Translations under genes and position numbers: made by a program
Notes under the pieces: generated by a model
Database searches by the model: none
What the model saw: only the letters and a program-made list of their open reading frames with translations
Told to the model about the DNA's origin: nothing
Shown here: piece after piece, positions 1 to 13,046 of the stretch
How the letters are laid out: every line of letters starts with the position of its first letter
Position numbering within the stretch: position 1 is the stretch's first letter
From: Chiloscyllium plagiosum
Taxonomy: Eukaryota
Direction: 5' to 3'
Assembly: GCF_004010195.1 (NCBI RefSeq)
Contig: NC_057718.1
Coordinates: forward strand, 51,107,941 to 51,171,940
Length of the DNA: 64,000 bases

Positions 1-154
1 TATGTATATTATTTTGCCTGGAAAGGAGGCAAAAGCTAAACAAACCCACAGAACTTTCACATCAGAAGGGTTCACAGAGTTCCAAAGCATTAAAAATTTT
101 ACAGATTCCAGCAAGCATAGGAAACCCTCCTGCCTGATGTCTTTTTGATAGCTT

Positions 155-445
155 GGGCTGGATTTTTAAATGCCGGCTGGGTCTGGGACTTCTTTAGGGC
201 ACCATTTAAAGTTCACAGCCTTGAAGGTAATCTCTGAATCACAATTACTTTGGGACAGTCTTCAATTTTGAAAGTATTGGCAGGGCCCAGGAAGAAAGAG
301 GGAAACCTCCAACAAACTATCCATTCAATCTCTCTGGAAGCTGGTCAATGATCTGGGAGGTCAGAACTGTAACGGGGTAATGGGGTCAGAAACCAGATTT
401 CATTCCGATGTTGTGTTCCCAATCCTGCTTTGAAAATCTGGTCCC
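155..445. mobile_element. Putative MITE (Harbinger-like) with imperfect terminal inverted repeats
   Basis: GGGCTGGATTTTTAAA at 155-170 and TTTGAAAATCTGGTCCC at 429-445 are imperfect inverted repeats; TAA follows the right end; no ORF. Confidence 0.4.
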
Positions 446-3400
446 TAATATCTAAATGGGCACTTTATTTTCATTTTGTTTCATCCAAACCTTAATATCA
501 ATCTACCTCTCGAAATAGCATACAAACATTATATCTGAATGCGCTTCCCCTATCTTTTTTCCATTATAAATTCCTAGGCAGGAGAGATAGAATTTTCCAG
601 AGTTTCTTGTAGGATGTGAATATCAGAAAATTGTTGTAAAGTTACTTACATTGATAAAGTTTCCCTCCAATAATAATGTATACCCTCAGAGTTACCAATA
701 ATTTCCTAAATTCATTGTGCTTGGTGATCAAGTGCATCGACCCCTACATTTGCAAGAAACTCTTTCCTCCTTTGACTACATTTATCATACAACTCTTTTC
801 TATATATTTGTCATAATACAATGAAGTATTCTTGCAGTAGAATCATCACTGATAGAAGGTTATACTCACAACATCCGATACAAAATCCACAACAGAACAA
901 AACAATGAATGGGGAGTTAAGGGTGCAATCTCATAGCGGCGTGAATGATATGGGCTATGGAGACATTTAGGGCAGAATTGGGTGAGAAGATCAGTCAGGC
1001 CAATGTTAAGAGCAACAATTCTCTTCTATGCAATAGTGTTGAGGTGAGATTCTCACTGGATAGCAGCAAGTTGATGATGAAGGAAGATAACTGCTTGGCA
1101 GTGACATTATCAACTTGTCTCTTAATAGGCAGCTTCTAATCTTACCAAACAATGCTAAGTCAATAAGACATCGAGAATTCTTGACATGAAAGTCAGAGAT
1201 GCTACCTAGCAACTTCAGCACAATGCTGGCTGCAAACAGCCTCCATGTTGCTCCATGAACACAGCCCAGCCCTTATCTGAGATTTTCCAACCCCTCAGCA
1301 CGCTCAGAGCACCTATCTGAACCCCTTCGCCAGACTCCCAGGCTAAAACAGAGGTGTACTACAGTGCCCTTCTGCAACTAAAATTGAAAGGCTGCTGCAA
1401 GAAAACCTAGTGCAAAGGGCAGGGATCCAGTTCAGGCTCCATATTTGGGCACGCACTTCACACTCACATGCATGCTCGTAGTATCTGTATCTTGTCTTGT
1501 TCCACCTTGCCACGCTGTGCCATGCTTGTTATTACATGGTGCTTCAGCCAGAGCCTAACTGCTATCGGTGTGGTCATATTTATGTGCTCTTTTGCACAGA
1601 CACACAGATGGCTGCTTGTCTGGTAGAGGCAGAGGGGCACATTGTATGGCACACTAAGAGTTTATTCTAACATGTACAGTATGTGCCAGCTGCCTGTGCA
1701 GCAAACATATGGCACATGGATTCATATTGGAAACTGTACCAGTGTGAGGGGTGGAGGGTAAAGTATTCTCAGTCCTGTTGAGGTCATGGTACCAAATGCA
1801 ACAAAAAGTTGAATGAACAATGTGAGCCTAGAATGGGAAGAGGCTAGGTGCAGGTACAGTAACCAGGGCTGTGGTGGAGCAGGCAATAGGTCTGCTGAAA
1901 ATACTGTTCCACTGCTTTTTCTAGTCTGAGAAAGTCTTCCAGTTTATTCTGGACTCTGTTCACATCATCCAGGTGCCCTCATCCAAATTGGAGAGGGAAC
2001 AAGGGAATGTGATGGATGCTGAAAAATTAGGAAATGGGAGAAGTCTTCAGAGCCAGGGGAGGAAGAAGCTCTCCTTGAGCATGAAAAACAGGACCTGATT
2101 GACATCAGTTCCAGTGGATGAGAGCTGGGTGCAGCTGACTATTATGGAATATAAAAAAGTCATTGGCCATAGTGTCAGTATTTGCTTTGCATTATGCAAA
2201 ATGCAGCCTGTATTAATTTGTTTGCTTTTGCTAACTGTAAATAAAAGCTCATGTTTGTGACTGTCTTGATTTGATGTTCCCCTAATGGACAACAACAAGA
2301 TGCACATTTCCAAGGGACATTGCAAATAGAATAGCAGTGGTCTCTAGAAGGATGGATGCAGCTAAAGATATATAAACTGTGTGGCATTGTGGTTAAACAG
2401 TGATTTGGGTGAGCGACTGAGGTTGTCTGAGTGATTTTGTGTTTCAGTCATGCTGACTATGTGGCATAAGCAGCATGACTCTGTGACTGCGGTGTTATTA
2501 AGTTGTCAGCGGGTGGCAAGGCCAGGTTGGCAACACGTATCCAGTTTATCAGTGACCATTTAAACATAGTGTGTGAACCAGGGATGCTAGTTTTTCAGCA
2601 GATGTCCGTTGAGTGGTGTTGTCATGTGAACAGCACATGGTAAGATGCTGCTCATATCAGATGAGAAGGACAATCATTGGAGTGGGGTAAGTTTTTAACG
2701 TGTATTGTAAGTCAGGCAAAAGATCTCGCTGGCCAAAACTCAGTGAAACAGGCACTTACCAAAGATTCAGTTCAGAATGTATAACTTTAGAGATTAATTT
2801 ACTGAAAAGAAAATACACTCAGAAACACATATACATCAACATCCAAATACATACACACACAATTTTCCAAATATCTCAAATTTGTCCAAAGAATGCTCTT
2901 GACTCTCGATGTCCAATGTTGCAAGGCAACAGTGTTATTGAAGAAGTGCAAATTTTCAACCAATGTCTCCATGGAAATGAAGTTTCATGAAAAATCTGTG
3001 CCCAATTCCATCAAAAATGAGTGTTCCTTCAACGGGATGAGTGTAGCTGTATTGATCAGTCAAGCAGAATGAATACAGACTAATTTTTATGAAGTCAACT
3101 CCAGACAGACCTATTCTTAATCCAGATGACCTCTTCCAAATTGCAGCTAACTAAATCTATTAGACGAAATCATATTTCAGTTATATCCATTGTATAGAAT
3201 TCCACTGTATAGAATGGAGGAATTGAATACAGGCAGCCAACCAAATGTCTCTCAATTATTCATTTTAGTATTTGCAAATCCTAAAAACAGTCCTTCTTTT
3301 GAAACAATTTCTGACAGTTATTTAGAAATTCAATCTGAAAAAAAAAATCCCTGCTACAGAAATCCACAGCTACAAATTGTTCTCTTAAAATGTTTTTTTT

Positions 3401-5961
3401 TGGCAAACTAATGCAAGTGTTTATGAGGATTTGATGGTGAATACTTGAAATTTGAAATTAAAGGAAAGCATGTTGGGGAAAAGACAATTTGACATTCAGC
3501 AGGCAAAAGGGGGAAGAAACATTAATGTTTCTGAATACAAGCTCTGTTCAGAATATTTTTTTTGTTCATCAGATGCTGGCTGATACATTTGGAAATTCCA
3601 GCATTAGTCTTTTCCTCTCATTGCTCCACCTGAGACTTGCCTTCTTTACTGAGCACCTTTGTAATAACCCTGAGGTTTTCCTCTGTTTGTGTCTCTATCG
3701 ATCAAAATCAACAGCGATTGATGAAACAATATAAGTGTCACATAAGGACTGACATAGGGATTAAGGGTTGGTGCTTATTGCCTAATTACATTTATCATCC
3801 TGGCATTGTTCTTATATTAACAAATGTAAAGCAAATTTAGTTTTCAACTACAATCTAGAGGGAGTCCAGCTGCTGTGCTAAGGTTTGTTCATAAATTAAC
3901 ACAACACTATTAAAGGTAATATTTCTCCTAAAGGGCTCTGTTCACTCAGCAGGATTTTTTTCCACATTGCCTCAGTTGCTGGCAACACCATTTCTAAAAC
4001 TACACAATAATGTCACTATGTTGGCTGTCAGGGGAACCCTGCACTGCAGCAGATGTTTGACTGGCTGCTTTACAATGACGTGCGATATTATTAAGATTCT
4101 GCTTTCAAACTACAGGATATGAAAAGGACTGGAGTTGATAGCGATTGAAATCATTACTGTGTTTGGCCAATACAAGGTGTAATTTTCAGTGTCAAAAAGC
4201 CCAGCAAACTCCCTATTTTCTATCAAGTTAACTTATCTCAAAGGAATTAAGTATGCTGAGAGTCCATCTCAACTTGATCAGTAGAACATCTTGTCCATTC
4301 TCCCAATGTTGGCTAGCCTGCTTCATGGATTTATTAATAGGTGCATAAGTATGAACATTGAGATCCATTTCAAGGTGCTTAACCTTCATGTCAGTATCTT
4401 TGTAATTGAAATGACAATTTTAATTGCACTAAATACAAAGGCTGATTTTACAATTGAATAAGCAGTGGTGCATTTGTATGTCCAGCAAACTGGAAAAGAA
4501 TGGGGCAGAAAAATACTAGAAATGCACCAACTCTGCAGTATTGATAATTATACCCAGGTTCTATGGATGCTTAACAAAGAAGAGTTCCGAAATTGTGGCA
4601 CATGAGGCAAGGCTAGCATTTATATCCTCTCCTTGGCTGTTCTTGAGAAGATATGGATCAAACATTATTTTGGTGGTGGACCAACTCCTGTTGACAGCAT
4701 GTAAGTGAATCAAATTGATCCTGGCTCTTGTCTTTCTAAAACTGACACGGCAAATATCCAGTGGGTGTTTGGACATATCTGAAGATTTTTGCCTTCATCA
4801 TCTAGTTTGCTAGGCAAGCATTGGAGTAGGCTTTAGATGGGTAGGCTTTCGATTTTCCAGAATAAGCCGGGCAGACTCCAGCCATGAGAAGCTTTGGGTG
4901 CTGAGGACAAAGAGATGGTTTTGTAGTCATGGGTATGGCCATTCCCACCAAGAGACTCCTCCATGGGTCAGAGAAATTCTCAGCTTGAGGACCAAGCCTG
5001 CAGTCAGCAATGTTCACCTATCAGTCTTGCCATGCAGTACAGGTAATATCTATTGCTGTTAAGTTTCCTGTGGTGGCAGGATGAAGTCGCATTGGTAGGC
5101 AATTAAAGTGGCTCAGTTGGCCTCTAGGCAGAAGGGCAATTTCCACCTATATTGCAGCTGGTAAAATACCATGATGGTGGGAAAACCACAGAAAATTTAC
5201 CCTCAGTCTTGCTCAACACTGTATAGGTACTTGCCTCTCAGCCTATTCCTCGAGTACTGGTAAAGTCTAGTCCATAGTATCTTTTGTCTGCACATTAATC
5301 TCAGATGACTTGACAGGTTGTACATTGGTTATCCTGCAATGTGTTGAATTGTACTGTTCCTGGAAAATGGGAACGCAGTTTTATTCTGCATGGCTTATCT
5401 TAAAAACATACCCCACTTCACATATGAATATGCAAGAGGTGCAAAAAAGTACTTTGAGGCACTCAAGAGAAAATTGAACGATTATCTGAGAAGGGAGAAT
5501 GTACAGACCAATGGTGACAGACTGATTGTGAGGCATGAGAGGAATTACTCTTATGGACAGCCAGCACAATCAATTGAATGGCCTATATCTGTACTGTAAC
5601 AATACTACAATTCTGTGATTCTGCTAAATTTGCTGAAAGATTTCCATAAACAAGCAGCAACATACAAAGGTAGCACTTTATGACATTGTCTTTATGTTGC
5701 CAGATTCCTCAAACAATGCAATTATTTTCACATTGAATTTTAAGCACTAGAAGTATTATTCGTTGCCTCGAGTCTCATTACCACCTGCTGCTAAGAATGG
5801 AGCAATGCTCTGTTCAGATATGATGCTTATTACTGCCTCGTTTCCCATGCTCACGCAACAGCACCCCCGTCTTGCCAACCCCTGGTTGTTGCGCCACTAT
5901 TTTTTGCCCGCAAACTCCTCCAATTAATTTTGTCTGGAAATCTTCCTGTTTGACTTTGGCA

Positions 5962-7984
5962 AAAGGGTCGTGCGAGGAAAGGGTCGTGCGAGGGAGCCGT
6001 GGTTTAATAAGGAATTGGAATCCCTTGTTAAATGGAAGAGGGCGGCCTATCTCAAGATGAGACGTGAAGGTTCAATTGGGGCGATTGAGAGTTATAGGGT
6101 AGCCAGGAAGGACCTGAAGAGAGAGCTAAGAGCAGCAAGGAGGGGTCATGAAAGGTCCTTAGTTGGTAGGATTAGGGAAAACCCTAAGGCTTTCTATAGG
6201 TATGTTAGGGATAAAAGAATGACTAGGGTAGGAATAGGTCCAGTCAAGGATAGTAGTGGGAAGTTGCGTGTGGAGGCTGAAGAGATTGGGGAGGCACTGA
6301 ATGAATACTTTTCTTCAGTATTTACTCAGGAACAGGGCATTGTCGTCGATTTGAATACTGAGTCACAAATAAGTCGAATGGATGGCTTTGGGGTATGTAG
6401 GGAAGAGGTGTTGGAAATTCTGGAAAGGGTGAAAATAGATAAGTCCCCTGGGTCTGATGGCATTTATCCTAGGATTCTCTGGGAAGCAAGGGAGGAGATT
6501 GCAGAGCCATTGGCCTTGATTTTTATGTCCTCTTTGTCTACAGGAGTAGTCTCAGAAGACTGGAGGATAGCAAATGTGGTTCCCTTGTTCAAAAAGGGGA
6601 GTAGGGATAGCCCTAGTAACTATAGGCCGGTGAGTCTCACTTCTGTTGTGGGCAAAGTCTTAGAGAGAATTGTAAGGGATAGGATTTATGCACATCTGGA
6701 TAGGAATAATGTGATCAAGGATAGTCAGCATGGTTTTGTGAAGGGCAGGTCGTGCCTCACAAACCTTATTGAATTCTTTGAAAAGGTGACGAAGGAGGTT
6801 GATGAGGGGAAAGTGGTAGATGTGGTATATATGGATTTTAGTAAGGCGTTTGATAAGGTTCCCCATGGTAGGCTACTGCAGAAAATACGGAGATATGGCA
6901 TTGAGGGTGAGTTGGTGGTTTGGATTAGGAATTGGCTGGATGGAAGAAGACAGAGGGTAGTAGTTGATGGCAAAGTTTCTTCATGGAGTGCCGTCACTAG
7001 CGGTGTTCCGCAAGGATCTGTTTTGGGACCATTGCTGTTTGTCATTTTTATAAATGACCTGGAAGAGGGGTTAGAAGGTTGGGTGAGCAAGTTTGCGGAT
7101 GATACGAAAGTCGGAGGAGTTGTTGACAGTGAGGAAGGATGTGGCAGGTTACAGCAGGATATAGAGAAGCTGCAGGGCTGGGCAGAAAGGTGGCAAATGG
7201 GATTCAATGTAGCTAAGTGTGAGGTGATTCACTTTGGGAAGAATAACAAAAAGATGGGGTACTGGGCTAATGGTCGGATACTTGGTAGTGTGGATGAGCA
7301 GAGGGATCTTGGTGTCCATGTACACAGATCTCTGAAAGTTGCCATCCAGGTAAATAGTGCGGTGAGGAAGGCATATGGCGTATTGGCTTTTATTGGTAGA
7401 GGAATTGAGTTCCGGAGTCCTGAGGTCATGATGCAGTTGTATAAGACTCTGGTACGGCCGCATCTGGAATATTGTGTGCAGTTTTGGTCGCCATACTATA
7501 GGAAGGATGTGGAGGCATTGGAACGTGTGCAGAGGAGGTTTACCAGGATGTTGCCTGGTATGGTAGGAAAATCGTATGAGGAAAGACTGAGGCACTTGGG
7601 GCTGTTTTCACTAGAGAAAAGAAGGTTTAGGGGTGACTTGATTGAGGTGTACAAGATGATTAGGGGGTTAGATAGGGTCGACAGTATGAACCTTTTCCCG
7701 CGTATTGAGTCGGGTATTACAAGGGGGCATAGCTTTAAATTAAGGGGGGGTAGATATAGGACTGATGTTAGGGGTAGGTTCTTCACTCAGCGAGTCGTTA
7801 GTTCATGGAATGCCCTGCCAGTAACAGTGGTGGACTCTCCCTCTTTATGGGCATTTAAGAGGGCATTGGATAGGTATATGGAGGATAGTGGGTTAGTGTA
7901 GTTTAGGTGGGCTTGGATCGGCGCAACATCGAGGGCCCAAGGGCCTGTACTGCGCTGTATTCTTCTATGTTCTATGTTCTATGT
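5962..7984 (+). mobile_element. Young 5'-truncated CR1-clade LINE
   Basis: Uninterrupted RT ORF, short 3' UTR with GGGCCCAAGGGCCTGT and a (TTCTATG)n tail at 7961-7984; 16-bp tandem duplication at the 5' junction. Confidence 0.95.
5970..7901 (+). CDS. CR1 LINE ORF2 C-terminal part (reverse transcriptase), 643 aa, lacking the APE endonuclease; not a host gene
   Basis: Non-LTR RT motifs KSPGSDGI, NYRPVSLTS, QHGF, YMDFSKAFDKV, GVPQGSVLGP, FADD and a CR1-type C-terminus (LEYCVQFWSP, RGHSFKL, FFTQRVV). Confidence 0.9.
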   Translation: MRGKGRAREPWFNKELESLVKWKRAAYLKMRREGSIGAIESYRVARKDLKRELRAARRGHERSLVGRIRENPKAFYRYVRDKRMTRVGIGPVKDSSGKLRVEAEEIGEALNEYFSSVFTQEQGIVVDLNTESQISRMDGFGVCREEVLEILERVKIDKSPGSDGIYPRILWEAREEIAEPLALIFMSSLSTGVVSEDWRIANVVPLFKKGSRDSPSNYRPVSLTSVVGKVLERIVRDRIYAHLDRNNVIKDSQHGFVKGRSCLTNLIEFFEKVTKEVDEGKVVDVVYMDFSKAFDKVPHGRLLQKIRRYGIEGELVVWIRNWLDGRRQRVVVDGKVSSWSAVTSGVPQGSVLGPLLFVIFINDLEEGLEGWVSKFADDTKVGGVVDSEEGCGRLQQDIEKLQGWAERWQMGFNVAKCEVIHFGKNNKKMGYWANGRILGSVDEQRDLGVHVHRSLKVAIQVNSAVRKAYGVLAFIGRGIEFRSPEVMMQLYKTLVRPHLEYCVQFWSPYYRKDVEALERVQRRFTRMLPGMVGKSYEERLRHLGLFSLEKRRFRGDLIEVYKMIRGLDRVDSMNLFPRIESGITRGHSFKLRGGRYRTDVRGRFFTQRVVSSWNALPVTVVDSPSLWAFKRALDRYMEDSGLV

Positions 7985-8799
7985 AAAAAGGAAAGGCGAT
8001 TACATAAATTTTGAAATGTTGAGCTGAAATAATATTTATATTTATAGACAGCCATTTAACAGTAAGTGCATATATCCTTTTATATGTGAGCTCTCAGCCA
8101 GATTTTGCAAATCCCCTTTTAGCTATCTTTCAACATGAAACCATTCATGAAGCTCTGAATAATTATGTGAATGCGCTGACCTAATAAATTTACAGGAAGT
8201 CAACTTATTGTAGTTTTGGCTACATTTGTTGAGTTGAGCTAAAACAGAATCATCTAAGTTTAGCTTTAACTGTTCAACATTGTTGCAATGGCTGGTCATG
8301 ACCAATCAGATAACTGTGTTCTCAGTTTACAAACTAAAAAATCAATTTACTGGAACAATAATGTTTCAGCAAGGAAAGAAAACCATTAAAACATCAACTT
8401 ACTTGGTTAGGGATTGTATTTAAGTGATGCCTTGATGCAAAGTTCTACGTTTTACCAGATCTCTGGTAAAGGAGGTATGAAGCTTTGACAAATGATGACA
8501 GAAGGCATTGGAATGGGAGCCCAGGGAAAGACTGGCAATCTGTTAGTGCGTTCCCCACTGAAGGACAAGAACAACCTTCCTTTATGGTGGCTCCATGGCT
8601 TAAGGAGGGCTTTCCTCCACCACTTGGCAAGAGTAGCTTCTATTCCATCCATACCACAGCTTTACAATGCTGATCACAAGAGTCTGAGTGTCACAAAAAT
8701 TCTCATTTGGCCTTCAAATGCACTTCCGCATGAAAATGCCTATTTCCTCTGCCTGCAGCTTCAACCGCCTGTATTGGTGACACTGTCGTGGTTTCCAGA

Positions 8800-9190
8800 G
8801 GTCACCTTCTCACCACCAAGGTCAGAAGCTTAAACATTCATTCCCATCAGCAAAGATTTATAATCTTGGCTGACAATTCAATATGGCATTGAGGCAGTGT
8901 TATGTCATTGGAAGTGCCATCTATCAGACAGAGCATTGAACTAATAGACCATTTGCTCTTTCCAGGAACACAGAGAATATTCCCCTTTAACCTTCAAAAC
9001 AAAGCTGCTGGGATCTGCTGGGGTCCTGCTCAATATATAGCCTTCAGCCAATGTTAATGAGTAGGTCTTTTATTTCAATGTTGTTTACTACATACGTGTG
9101 AAAATTCATTGTTGTACCTCCCTACATTGCAATAATGACAACATTTTAGAAGTTCCATGCGCAGATGTCCTGAAATCATAAAGATCCTGG
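8800..9190 (+). mobile_element. Old Deu-domain SINE (SacSINE1/AmnSINE1-like) remnant
   Basis: Degenerate resemblance from memory (ataatcttggctgaca, ggaagtgccatct, cctacattgcaataatgac); boundaries approximate. Confidence 0.45.
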
Positions 9191-9599
9191 AATTTGCAGA
9201 ATTCCCTTGTGATGTGTGAAGCTGGTCCTGCTGCCTATTGTAGGGGCAGTTTGATGACCTAATGTGAATGAAGTGTGTTTACTGATCTCCCATTGACTTT
9301 GTCCCTGCTTTCTGGACTTCTAAAAGGAATGATTAGATGAAAAAATTCAAGTTTGCAGTGCTGTGACAGTTCTTTTTGTCATATGCTCCATTTATACTGA
9401 CAGTCCAAGTTAATTGTTCTGTCAATGCACTATTGCCTATTTTGTGCTCTCCTCAAGATGAATAAATTCCAAAGCTTATTTGTTTTCTAATACCAGAATC
9501 TCTACAGGCAGAAAAGCTTATACTGGTCCTGGAGGTTGGTTGTACAATAAAATGTTACAACTCAAATATGTAAATACTAAGGTACAATTGTTAGAGATT

Positions 9600-10700
9600 A
9601 CATGATAGTGAGTCTACAGTGTAGACCTTAGCAAGGACTCCAGCAGGGACTTTCACAAGGTTACGCATGGTAGATTGGTTTACACGGTTAGATCACATGG
9701 GATTCAGGAAGAGCTAACCCCAATCATATGGAAAACTGGCTAGACAATAGGAGATATAGAAGGTAGTAGAGGTTTGTTATTCGGACTGGAGACCTGTGAC
9801 CAATGGTGCACCCACAAGGATTGGTGCTGGGTTCAATATTGTTTGTCATTTATATGAGCGTTTTCCGTGAAAGTAGAGGAGGTATGGTTGATAAGTTTGC
9901 GGATGACACTAACATTGGTGATATAGTGGACAGTGAAGATGGCTATATAAGAGTTCAATGGGATGTTGATCAGTTGGGCCAATGGGCAAAGGAATTTCAG
10001 ATGGAGTTTAATTTAGATAAATGTGAGATGTTGCATTTTGGTAAGACAAAGCAGTGCAAGACTTAATTATAAGCCCCTAGAGTGTGTCATCAAACAGAGA
10101 GACCGAGGGATTCAGGTAGCTCCTTGAAAGTGACATCACGGGTGAAGGTGTTTGGCAAGCTTGCCTTCATTGGTCACAACATTGAGAATAAGAGTTGGAA
10201 CATCATGTTGTGGCTGTACAGGACATTGGTGAGGCCACTTGTGGAGCACTGTGTACAGTTCTGTTCACCTGCTATAGGAAGATATTAATAAATTGGAAAG
10301 GGTCTGAGTTATAAGGAGAGGCTGAATAGGCTGGGACTTCTTGCCCTAAAGCATAGGAGGAGGTTGTGGAGTGACCATATGGAGGTTTATGAAATCATGA
10401 GAGGCATGGATAAGGTGAATTGCCAAAGGTAGAAAAGTCCAGAACTAGAAGGCTTATTTAAAAGAGACCTGAGGGGCAATGTTTTCACACAGAGGCTGGT
10501 GCACACATGGAAAGAACTGCCAAAGGAAGTAAGTGATGCAGGTACAGTTATAGCATTTAAAAGTCATTTGAACAGGTACATGAATAGGAAAGGTTTAGAG
10601 GGATGTGGGTCGAATGCAGGCAAACAGAGCTAGTTTAGTTTGGAAAACTTGGTCAGCAAGGACAAATTGGAGAGAAGAGATTGTTTCCTTGCTGTATGTC
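9600..10700 (+). mobile_element. Degraded CR1 LINE 3' fragment
   Basis: ORF pieces PQGLVLG, KFADDTNIG, LYRTLVRP..HCVQF homologous to 5970-7901, with frameshifts. Confidence 0.9.
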
Positions 10701-11149
10701 TCAAGAGTGTCTTGCTAAGTCTCAAGAGTGCACATAGGTCATTGAATGTTGAATAATCAGTAAAATTAGAAGATCTTAGACTCCAGAAACCTACCATGAT
10801 CATACTGACAGATGGTGACAGTGGGAAAAGACCTAGCAGCAGGACAGAACAGCGCAAGGAACATTGAAGGCAATCCCACCCTCAGAACAGAGAAGCAGGA
10901 TACTCACTGAAGGAACAGCCCAGCAGCCGAGAAACAGCCAGCAGAAACTGTGATAAAGAAACTGTTTGGGAAGAGAGTTCTAACAAAGGGAAGCCATGGA
11001 ACAGAACTTACCGCTGCCAGAATTGTTCAAGCATATGGAAGGCCTGTTGCTAGTTGAGAAGTGACAGAGCTAGTGCAGATGATTCACTCAATACAAAAAT
11101 GGTTCAAAGTTAGCAGCTAAATTAAGAAAATGCAGGCCAGTATAATAAG

Positions 11150-11900
11150 ACCAGAGACATAGAAGCAGAAGTAGGTTATGCAGCTCATCTGGTCTGCTCT
11201 GTTATTCAATGAAATTGTGGCTCATCTGTTAATCCTTAACTCCACTTTCCTGCCTTTCCCCCATAACCCTTGATTCTCTGATTTAAAATCTACCTCAGTC
11301 TTGAATATATTGAACGATCAGACTTGATGGTCCTCTGTGGCAATGAATTCTCAGATTCATAAAATTCTGGGTGAAGAAATTCATTCTCATCTCCGCCTTA
11401 AATGAATGACACCTAAATCTGAGATAGTGCCCTCTAATAGCCAACTCTCCCACAAGAGAGAAATCAGCCCTTTAAGAATCTTTTGTATTTCAATAAGACT
11501 GCCACTCAATTTTTGACATTCCAACAAGTGCAGGCCCAATTTATTCATTCTACTCATAAGATAGTCCCTCAATAGCTGGTATCAGCCAGTGAACCTTCTC
11601 TGGAGTGTTTCCAATTCCGGTATCTCACACCTTAGCTAAGGAGCCAAAACTGTTCGCAGTATAGCAGCTGTGCTCTGACAAGTGCCTTGTATATTTATAG
11701 AACATCCTCTCCTGCAATTATATTGCATTCCCTTTGAAACAAATCTATTTGCCTTCCCTATTACCTCCTGAACCTGGATGTTCACTGTTTGTGAATCATA
11801 CATGAGGACTCGTAAATCCTCTTGTTCTGTAGCTTTCTGCAGTCTTTCTCCATTGAAATAATTCTCAGCTCCTTTATTCCTCTGACTGAGGTGCATACAC
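11150..11900 (-). mobile_element. Degraded CR1-clade LINE 3' fragment (different subfamily)
   Basis: Minus-strand ORF pieces LGLHLLE..LSGSLIEIQKILKG and EQEDLRVL..QVQEVIGKAN match the CR1 ORF2 C-terminus. Confidence 0.8.
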
Positions 11901-13046
11901 ATGTCCTATTATTTAATTGTTAGCGGTCTACACACAATCTTAGCAAGGTGGAGACAAATGAAGAAACTATGATTTAGGCTGAGGAAACTTTCAATATGAA
12001 TTTCATTACTCTGCAAAATATAATCATAGAGAGAAAAATGTCAGATACAGCATGGATTCATTAACAACTCTTATATCAATTATCAGGTAACTATCAACAC
12101 AAGACATTAAAAGATGAACTGATTAGAGATTGGATCACAGCTGAAGAAACTCGATAAGATTTCTTATAATCCAAGGAACATTTAACTTTAGCAAAAACAA
12201 TGCATGTAATGAGACAAATAAGGATACAGAACAGGGTCTTTATATAAGGCATTAGAGGGTGTTTTTGAAAAGAAATATTGAAGGCACTAAAAAAGTGAAA
12301 GTGCACCAAAGCTGAAGTTGGAGAAGCACGAAGACAGAGTGGCAGACATCATTACAGTGTTCTTGCCTTTTCAGGTAAATATTTCATCAACATAAAGATT
12401 GTCCCACCAAAAATATGGAGTATTATGCAAGCAGTAAGATTAGTCATATTGAAACAGGGCATCATAGTGTTATGGTCCAGGCCAGACCCCCTCAAAACAT
12501 TTCAAGAAAGTAGCCCAGACCCTAACTTTGCTAGTTGTTTTAAGCAGGTGTAATATGGATATTCCAGGGGTAATGCACTTGGTCAAACCATGTAGTTTTA
12601 AACAAAAACAGAATTTATTTACAGGATTACTGAATGAAATACAATCAAAAGAGAACAGAATACTGAATAACTTAACCTACCTGAAAACCCAACAAACCAT
12701 CACATTCCATGATGCTGTTCCAAATAGTTGCAACAATCCCCATAAACACCCCTTGGCATAAAAGGGAAAATGAAACAAAGGTCTTATAGGAGAGAAGTCA
12801 GAGAGAGAGAGTCCCAGTGTGGACCTGATTATTTGAGTCCAGCAGCTTCAAAATTGCTTGACGGCTTTCAGTGAATAGCCAAATCAAAAACCAATTCAAA
12901 CCAGAGAAGTGCTGAACTAGGAGAACTGGCCACTCCCTTTTCATTATACAAGTTTTTTTTAAACTCCAAAGTCTTTTGCCTGTGGCAGTATCTGTTACTA
13001 TCATCAAATTGAACCAAAAGCCCCTCCAAACCCAAAGTTTTTGGAC

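Noticed and set aside
3460..3610. Very old HHR/pLTR-like remnant (similar traces at 44960-45075 and 61195-61285)
   Set aside because: Too degenerate; core and stem II cannot be reconstructed reliably.
4558..4700. Plus-strand candidate exon ending at GTAAGT with one open frame
   Set aside because: Poor polypyrimidine tract, unrecognisable peptide and no partner exons.
6660..7786. Several minus-strand ORFs of 66-160 aa
   Set aside because: Antisense shadows of the CR1 RT ORF with no independent motifs.
5970..7901. RT as retron, group II intron or host gene
   Set aside because: Motifs, 3' UTR, microsatellite tail and many degraded relatives identify a CR1 LINE.
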